Assembly: GCA_032654565.1 (NCBI GenBank)
Contig: JAULAX010000017.1
Coordinates: forward strand, 544,001 to 608,000
Source: Anaeromyxobacteraceae bacterium
Lineage (GTDB): Bacteria; Myxococcota; Myxococcia; Myxococcales; Anaeromyxobacteraceae
DNA: 64,000 bases
Reading direction: 5' to 3'
Within the stretch, counting starts at the first letter, position 1, and the number at the start of each line of letters is the position of its first letter. Below the pieces are notes generated by a model. It saw only the letters and a program-made list of their open reading frames with translations, was not told the origin of the DNA and searched no databases. Of the stretch, positions 8,962 to 17,900 are shown piece by piece. Position numbers and translations under genes: made by a program.

Positions 8962-11900
8962 CTACCAGGCCTCGCCGCCCGAGGCCAGGTTGCTGTGCTC
9001 GTTGGTGCAGGTGGTCCCGGTGCTGTTGAGGACCAGGTTGGCGCCGAAGGTGTAGCTGTCCTTGCCGGTCTTCACGAAGCCCTTCAGGGCCGGGGTGATC
9101 ACCCCGCTCTTGTAGCGGGCCGGTGCGTTGGGCGTGAGGATGAGCCGGCTCACCTTGCCGCCGTGCGGCACCCGGAGGTGGCAGGAGATGCAGGAGAAGA
9201 AGGCGTTGGGGCTGCCGGTGTGGGTGTTGCTGGTGCCGATGAGCCGGTGGACGGCGTTGGAGCCAGCGCTGTTGGGCACCGGGTGGCAGTTGAGGCAGAA
9301 CAGCTTGTTGGGGGCGGTGCCCGTGGCGGCGCTGGAGACCAGCCACAGGGTCCCGGTGTTGCCACCGTTCTGCGAGGCCTGCGTGTAGGGCCAGGCCCGG
9401 TTGGCCCCCCTCAACATGAACTTCACCGCCGAGCCGTGCGGCCCCTGCGTGGCCGGGCTGGCCACGTCGCCGCCGTGGCAGTCGGAGCAGGTCATGGTGT
9501 TGCCCGGCGTCCAGGGGGCGACCAGCTGGGCCGCCACCAGCTGGTTGCTGGCGGTGGCGCTGCTGTCGGTGCCGGCTGGCAGCGCCGACGCCACCGGGTG
9601 GCGCGACTGGTTGGCGGGGCTGAACTCGAGCGCCAGGTCGGTCCAGTTGGCGGTGCCGGCCACCCCGCCCCAGGTGCCGGTGCCGCCCCAGGCGGCCAGG
9701 CCGGTGTTGGCGCCGGAGTGGCACTTGAAGCAGATCTGGTACTCGTAGGTCGAGGCGGCGGTGGCGGCGTAGGCGGTCGGCGCCGTGAAGTTGGCGACGC
9801 TCCAGGTCGGAACGACGCCGGTGACGCCGGTGATGGCGCCCCAGACCAGGTTGCTGTTGCTGGCCGGCTTGGCCGGGAGCGTCTTGGCGGCGTGCGGCTC
9901 GTGGCAGTCCTCGCACTCCACGTGCTTGGTCCCGCCGGCCCCGGCCGCCGCCTCGGTGGGCTGGTGGATCAGGTCGTAGCCGCCGACGTTGTGCTTGTTG
10001 ACGTGGAGCGGGTCGTTGAAGGCCTGGAAGACGTTCTGCGCGGCCGCGCTCATCACCGTGGCGTTGAAGTAGTCACGGTTGGCGACCGTCTTCACCGGCC
10101 CGGCGCCCGGGGTGGTGTCGGTGGTCAGGTGGTGGCAGCGGTAGCAGTGGTCCTCGGCGTGGTCGTCCACCGGCGTGGTCTGGCCCATGGGGTTGCGGAG
10201 CCGGCGATCGACGCTGGTGTGCAGGGCGAACTCGAAGGCGCCGCTCTGCTTCTCCGGGTAGGTGGCGGTCTGCCGGTCGGAGTGGCACTTCATGCAGACG
10301 GCGCTGAAGGCCGAGGCCCCGGTGGTGATGCTGCCGGCCACCGCGTAGGCGTGCGACGAGGCCGCGAAGCTGGCCCCGTCGATGACGTGGGTCAGGGTGT
10401 TCCCGGCCCCGGCGTAGGTCTTCTGCGCGGTGGTGCTCTTCACCAGCCCGCCGGCGGTGGCGTGGCAGGACAGGCAGAGCCCGGCGGTGCCGGAGAAGTC
10501 GGTGTTGGCGTAGTTGCCGGTGGCCGGGGCCACCTTGGTGGGCGCCGTGGCGATGGTGGTGCGCAGGTTGGCGCCGCGCCCCAGGGTGTTGGCGGCGTTG
10601 AGCGCCGGGTTGAAGACGTCGTGGTCGGCGTGGCACTGCAGGCAGGCCTGGCCGGTGGCCGTGAGCGGGTAGGTCTTGAAGGCCGCGCCCTCCGCCACCA
10701 CGTGGTGGTAGACGGTGGTGTCGCTCACCATCCTGCCGTAGGCGGCGCCGGTGGCGGCGTCGGTCTTGTGGCAGTTGAGGCAGGGCGAGCCGCCCGACGA
10801 CTCGCCGCCGTCGAGCGAGCCGTTGATGTGGATGAGCTTGGCGGCGGCCGACAGCGCCGTGGCCGCGCCCGGGCTGTCCGGGTAGCCGGGGTGGCACTGG
10901 CTGCAGGCGGCATTGACCGGGTGGGCCGCCGCGACCGGAGGCAGGCCGTGGCAGTCACCGCAGAGCACGGTGCCGGCCGCCACCCACGACGGGGTCTGGT
11001 TCAGGCCGACCACCGTGTCGGCGCGCGGCGAGTGGCAGTAGGTGCTGGCGCACGAGCCGCCGACGACGCCGCCGGACCCGGTGGTGCTGCCTGCGTAGGT
11101 CGGAGTGCGGGCCCCGAAGGCGGCGCCGCTCGCCAGGTTGCCCCAGGCGATGGTGGCGCGGGCCCCGCCGGTGCCGCCGCCGAGGGCGTGGGTGGTGTCG
11201 GTGTCGCTCGCCGGCAGCGTGTGGCACTCGGTGCAGGCCAGCGAGGTCGACCGGAAGGTGGTGCCGGCGAGGTGGGCCCGGTGGGCGCCGACGCCTGGGG
11301 CGGTGGTGGCGGTCTGGCCGGTGGTGTCGACGGTGTTGGTGCCGGTGGCGCCGGGGGCGGCCCCCGTCGGGTTGGCGCGGACCACGCCGGCCAGCGACAG
11401 CTCGCCGTGGCAGGCGGTGCAGCCGGAGGTGGTCTTGGTGGTGAGGCCGTCCACGTGCGTGGCGGCCGCGGCCGCCGTCAGCGTGGTGGTGGTGACCCCG
11501 GCGTGGCAGCTGGCGCAGCTGGTGTTCTGCGGGTGCGGGTGGGCCGGCTGCGGCGCCGCCGCCGACTGGCCGTGGCAGTCGTTGCAGCCGAGCTTGGTCG
11601 GCGTGCCGGTGCCCCAGCCGACGGTGTTCCCGGCCGGCTTGCCGTAGGTGAACTGGCCGTGACAGTAGGTGTTGGAGCAGGTCTTGGTGGCCGCGGAGTA
11701 GGCGACCGGGGCGGCGGCCCGGGCGGTGGCCAGGTTGCCGAAGGCCACCGGGTTGACGGCCGGGGCGTGCGGAGCGGTGAGCGGCACCAGCCCGCTGTGG
11801 CAGTTGACGCAGCGGAGGGCGCTGGAGAAGGCCGGCGCGGTCCCCTGGTTGACGTGGGCCAGGTGGGCCCCGACCACGTTGCCGCTGGCCGCGTTGGTGG

Positions 11901-14900
11901 AGTCGACCGGCGGCGCCGACAGGGCCAGGTTGGCGCCGAGGGCGTCGAGCTCGGTGGCCGAGCCGGCCACGGTGCGCCCGGCGGTGCCGTGGCAGGAGGT
12001 GCAGGTCTGCGGCACCACGTCGAGCAGGCCGTTCATGTGCGTGGCCAGGTTGACGGTCGAGGTGCCGTAGCCGGTGTGGCAGTTGCCGCAGAGGGCGTTG
12101 TTGGGGTGGGTGCCGCCCGGCGGGCTGGCCACCGCCCCGGCGGTCCGGCCATGGCAGGAGTTGCAGGTGATGGTCCCGGCCGCGGTCCAGGCAGGCGAGG
12201 CGTTCAGGCCGTTGGTGAAGTTGCCGTGGCAGTAGGTGGAGGCGCAGGAGCCGCCGGTGGTCCCGCCGGCGCCGGTGGTGCTGGTGCCGTAGGTCGGCGT
12301 GACCGGGCCCCCCGACCAGTTGTTGGTGGAGCGGGTGGCCAGGGTGCCGAAGGTGAGCGTGGCCCTCGCCCCGCCGCTGCCAGCGCCGGTGCCGTGGCTG
12401 ACGTCGGTGTCTGTCGCGGGCAAGGCATGGCACTCGGTGCAGGCCAGGGCGTTTCGGATCGACCCGTTGGTCAGGTGGACCCGGTGGACGCCGACGCCGG
12501 CCGAGGCGGTGAGGGTCTGGCCGGTGGTGTCGACGGTGTTGGTGCCGGTGGCGCCGGGGGCGGCCCCCGTCGGGTTGGCGCGGACCACGCCGGCCAGCGA
12601 CAGCTCGCCGTGGCAGGCGGTGCAGCCGGAGGTGGTCTTGGTGGTGAGGCCGTCCACGTGTGTGGCGGCGGCCGCCGCCGTCAGGGTGGTGGTGGTGACC
12701 CCGGTGTGGCAGCTGGCGCAGCTGGTGTTCTGCGGGTGCGGATGGGCCGGCTGCGGCGCCGCCACCGACTGACCGTGGCAGGCGTTGCAGCCGAGCTTGG
12801 TCGGCGTCCCGGTGCCCCAGCCGACGGTGTTCCCGGCCGGCTTGCCGTAGGTGAACTGGCCGTGACAGTAGGTGTTGGAGCAGGTCTTGGTGGCCGCGGA
12901 GTAGGCGACCGGGGCGGCGGCCCGGGCGGTGGCCAGGTTGCCGAAGGCCACCGGGTTGACGGCCGGGGCGTGCGGAGCGGTGAGCGGCACCAGGCCGCTG
13001 TGGCAGTTGACGCAGCGGAGGGCGCTGGAGAAGGCCGGCAGGTCGCCCTGGTTGACGTGGGCCAGGTGGGCCCCGACCACGTTGCCGCTGGCCGCGTTCG
13101 TCGAGTCGACCGGCGGCGCCGACAGGGCCAGGTTGGCGCCGAGGGCGTCGAGCTCGGTGGCCGAGCCGGCCACGGTGCGCCCGGCGGTGCCGTGGCAGGA
13201 GGTGCAGGTCTGCGGCACCACGTCGAGCCGCCCGTTCAGGTGCGTGGCCAGGTTGACGCTCGAGGTGCCGTAACCGGTGTGGCAGTTGCCGCAGAGGGCG
13301 TTGTTGGGGTGGGTGCCGCCCGGCGGGCTGGCCACCGCCCCGGCGGTCCGGCCGTGGCAGGAGTTGCAGGTCATGGCCGTGGTCGAGGTCCAGACCGGCG
13401 TGGCGGTGGTGGCGCCGTTGGTGAAGTTGCCGTGGCAATAGGTGGCGGCGCAGGAGCCGCCGGTGGTCCCGCCGGCGCCGGTGGTGCTGGTGCCGTAGGT
13501 CGGCGTGACCGGGCCCCCCGACCAGTTGTTGGTGGAGCGGGTGGCCAGGGTGCCGAAGGTGAGCGTGGCCCTCGCCCCGCCGGTGCCGGTGCCGGTGCCG
13601 TGGCTGACGTCGGTGTCTGTCGCGGGCAAGGCGTGGCACTCGGTGCAGGCCAGGGCGTTGCGGTTGGTCCCGGCCGTCAGGTGGGCCTTGTGGGCGCCGA
13701 CTCCGGCCGAGGCCGGGAGCGTCTGGCCGGTGGTGTCGACGGTGTTGGTGCCGGTGGCGCCGGGGGCGGCTCCCGTCGGGTTGGCGCGGACCACGCCGGC
13801 CAGCGACAGCTCGCCGTGGCAGGCGGTGCAGCCGGAGGTGGTCTTGGTGGTGAGGCCGTCCACGTGCGTGGCGGCGGCCGCCGCCGTCAGCGTGGTGGTG
13901 GTGGCCCCGGCGTGGCAGCTGGCGCAGGTGGTGTTCTGCGGGTGCGGGTGGGCCGGCTGCGGCGCGGCCACCGACTGGCCGTGGCAGGCGTTGCAGCCGA
14001 GCTTGGTGGTCGGGGTCGAGGTGACCAGCCAGCCGACCGGATTGGCCCCCTTGCCGTAGCTGAAGTTGCCGTGGCAGTAGGTGTTGGAGCAGGTCTTGGT
14101 GGCGGTGTTGTAGCCCAGCGGCGTCGCCGCGCCGCCGTCGATGGCGATGTTGCCCCAGACCACCGGGCTGGGCGGGATGGGGTGTGGCGCCACGTTCCAG
14201 ACCAGGCCGCTGTGGCAGTTCTCGCAGCGGAAGGCATTGGAGAGGGCCGGCAGGTTGGACTGGTTGACGTGCGCCTGGTGCGGGCCGACGACGTTGCCGC
14301 CCGCCTGGCCGTTGGTGTCGACCGGCGGCGCCGCCCGGACCAGGTTCTGGCCGTTGACGTCGGTCCAGGTGGCCGAGGCCACCGGCACCTGGGTCACGTC
14401 GCCGTGGCAGGAGCTGCAGCTCAGGGGACCGTACTCGAGCGTGCCGTTGAGGTGGGTGAGCGGATTGACGATGGTGCCGGAGTTGCCGGAGTGACACTTG
14501 CTGCAGTCGGTGCTGGCCTGCGGGTGGCTGCCGCCGGGGAGCGTGGCGGTGGTGACGGTGGCGAGGCCGGCGCCGTGGCAGGAGTTGCAGGTGAGGCCGG
14601 GCGCCGCCGTCCAGCTCATGGTCGCCTTCTTGCCGTTCTTGAACTGGCCGTGGCAGTAGGTGGAGGCGCAGCTGCCGGCGACGTTGGCGAGGGTGCCGGT
14701 GGTGCTGCCGGCGTAGGCCGGGGCCACCAGCTCGTTGTTGAAGGTGGCGCCGACGCCCCGGGCCAGGTTGCCCCAGGCCAGCGTGGCGCGGGCGCCGCCG
14801 CTGCCGCCGCCGACGGCGTGGGTGGTGTCGGTGTCGCTGGGCGGGAGCAGGTGGCACTCACCGCAGGCCAGGACGGCCCGGTAGGTGGTGTTGACCAGGT

Positions 14901-17900
14901 GGGCCCTGTGGGCGCCGGTGCCGGCCGAGGTGGTGGCGCCGGAGCGGCCGGCGGTGTCGACGGTGTTGGTGCCGGTGGCGCCGGGGGCGGCGGCCAGCGG
15001 GTTGAGCAGCGTCACGCCGGCCAGCGGCAGCTCGCCGTGGCAGGAGGTGCAGCCGCCGGTGGTCCTGGTGACCAGGCCGTCGACGTGGGTGGTGACCGCC
15101 GCCCCCGTCAGCGTGGTGGCGGTGGCCCCGGCGTGGCAGGCGCCGCAGGTGGCGTTGGACGGGTGCGGGTGGGCCGGCGGCGTGGCGTGGCAGGCGGTGC
15201 AGCCGAGCTTGGTGGCGGGGCTGGAGCCGGTGCCCCAGGCGATGGGGTTGGCGCCGTTGCCGCCGGCGAACTGGCCGTGGCAGTAGGTGGAGCTGCAGGT
15301 GTGGGTGGCCGGGGTGTAGGTCATCCCGGCGGCCGGGGCGATGTCACCGAAGGTGACGGTGGTGGTGTTGTCGGAGTGGGTGCCGGTGGTGGGGACCACG
15401 TGGCAGGCGACGCAGCGCACGGCGTCGGAGAGCGCCGGCGGCGCGGCCTGCTGGTTGACGTGGGCCAGGTGGGCGCCCACCTGGTTGCTGGTGGTCACGC
15501 CGCGCGGCGGCGCCGCCAGCGCCAGCAGCCGGTTGGGGACCTGGCCGTCCATGTCGACGGCGCTGGCCGCCACGGTCCGGTTGACGTCGCCGTGACAGCC
15601 GGAGCAGGTCTGGTCGACCACGTCGAGCCGGCCGTTGAGGTGGAGGGTGGCGCTGGCGACGGTGTTGCTGTAGCCGGGGTGGCAGAGCGAGCAGGTGCTG
15701 TTGCCCTGCGGGTGGCTGCCGCCGGGGAGCGAGGCGGAGGCGCCGGCGGTGGCGCCGTGGCAGGAGTTGCAGGTCATGGCGCCGACGGTGGTCCAGCCGA
15801 GGCCGGCGGTCCCCTTGCCGTTGACGAAGTTGCCGTGGCAGTAGGTGGAGGCGCAGGAGCCGGCGGTGGCGCCACCGCTCCCGGAGGTGGAGCCCGTGTA
15901 GGTGGGCGAGACCGGCAGGCCGGACCAGCCGTTGCCGGCCCCGGTGGCGAGGTTGCCAAAGGTGACGGTGGCGCGCGAGCCGCTGGCCGGCACCGCGCCG
16001 GTGGCGTGGCCGGTGTCGCCGTTGGACGGCGGCAGGGCGTGGCACTCGGTGCAGGCGATGGCGACGTGGGCGATGACGCCGGCGCCGAGGTGGGCCTTGT
16101 GGGCGCCGACGCCGGGCGAGGTGGCGGCGGCCTGGCCCACGGTGTCCATGGTGTTGGTGCCGGTGACGCCGGGGGCCGCGGCCACCAGGTTGTTGGTCAG
16201 GGTGACGCCGGCCGCCGGCAGCTCGCCGTGGCAGGAGGTGCAGCCGCCGGTGGTCCTGGTGACCAGGCCGTCCACGTGGGTGGCGGTGGCGGCGGCGGAG
16301 AGCACGCCGGCGCCGACGCCGGCGTGGCAGGTGGCGCAGGTGAGGTTCTGCGGGTGCGGGTGGGCCGGCTGCGGCGCCGTCGGCGACTGGCCGTGGCAGG
16401 CGCTGCAGCCCCGCTTGGCCGGCGTGCCGTCACCCCAGGCGACCACGTTCGCCTGCAGGCCGCCAGGGAACTGGCCGTGGCAGTAGGTGGAGCTGCAGGT
16501 CTGGGTGCTGGCGTTGTAGGGGAGCGCGCCGCCGCCCAGGTTGGCGATGTCGCCCCAGACGATGGTGGCGGTCCCCAGCCCGAGGTGGTTCGGCACCACG
16601 TGGCAGGCGGCGCAGCGCTGGGCGTTGGAGAGCGCCGGCGGCGTGGCCTCCTGGTTGACGTGGGCCAGGTGGGCCCCCACCTTGTTGCCGCTGCTGGCCC
16701 GGGCCAGGTCGAGGGGCGGCGCGGCCAGGACCAGGCGGGCCCCGGCGGGATCGAGCTCGGTGGCGCTGGCCGCCGCGATGCGCGACGGGAGGCCGTGGCA
16801 GCTGGTGCAGCTGACGCCGGCCGCCTGCACCTGGCCGTCGATGTGGGTGGCCTTGACCACCTGGCTGTCGCTGTACCCGAGGTGGCAGTTGCCGCAGAGC
16901 GTGCTGTTGATGTGGCTGCCGCCGGGCGGCGTGGCGGTGAGGCCGGTGCCGCGGCCATGGCAGGAGTTGCAGTTCAGGCCGGTGGCGGTCCAGCTCACCG
17001 CGTTGTTGGTCTTGCCGTTCTTGAACTGGCCGTGGCAGTAGACCGAGTTGCAGGAGCCGGCGGTGGCCCCGTAGGCGGCCGAGCTGGAGCCGGAGTAGAC
17101 CGGCGCCGGCAGCTCGTTGTTGAAGGAGGCGCCCACCCCGCGGGCCAGGTTGCCGAAGGCCATGGAGGCGCGGGCGCCGCTGAGGACGTTGCCGCTCATG
17201 CCGACGCCGGTGGCGTGGGAGACGTCGGTGTTGGACGGCGGCAGGGCGTGGCAGTCGATGCAGGTCAGCGCCGCGGCGCGGTAGGTGGTGCCGGCGAGGT
17301 GGGCGAGGTGGGCGCCGACGCCGGGGGCGGTGGCCAGGCCCTGGCCGGTGGTGTCGGCGGAGGTGAGCTGGTTGCCGCCGCCGGGGGCGGCCGGGACCAG
17401 GCCGACGGTGAGGGTGACGCCGCTGGCGGCGCGATCGCCGTGGCACTGGGTGCAGCCGCTCACCACCAGGTTGAGGGCGGCGTTGACGTGGGTGCTCCGG
17501 GCCGTGCCGGTGACGCCGGTGGTGGCGTACCCGGCGCCGTGGCAGTTGGCGCAGACCGGGTTCTTCGGGTGGGTGGCGCCGGCGGCGGCGGAGAGCGGCG
17601 GCGGGGCGGCGTGGCAGGTGCCGCAGGCCACCTGGGTGGCGTCGCCGGTCCAGAGCGGCGACTTGTTGGTGCCGCCGGCCGCGGTCAGCGAGGCGCCGTG
17701 GCAGTAGTTGGTGCAGGTCGGGCTGGGGGTCTCCCAGGCGGCGACGGCGAGCGCGCCGGACAGGGGCGTCGGGACCACGTTGCCGGCGGTGGCCGGCGAG
17801 CTCCAGAGCAGGTCGACCTGGCCGTTGGCGTGACGCAGGGCGCCCGGCATCACGTGGCAGACCAGGCAGGAGTAGCCGGCGGCGACCAGCGGGGCGACGT

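Noticed and set aside
11312..14007. CRISPR array or diversity-generating retroelement template/variable repeats
   Set aside because: Repeats are long, in-frame coding units without spacers; differences are not obviously adenine-specific; no cas or reverse transcriptase gene.
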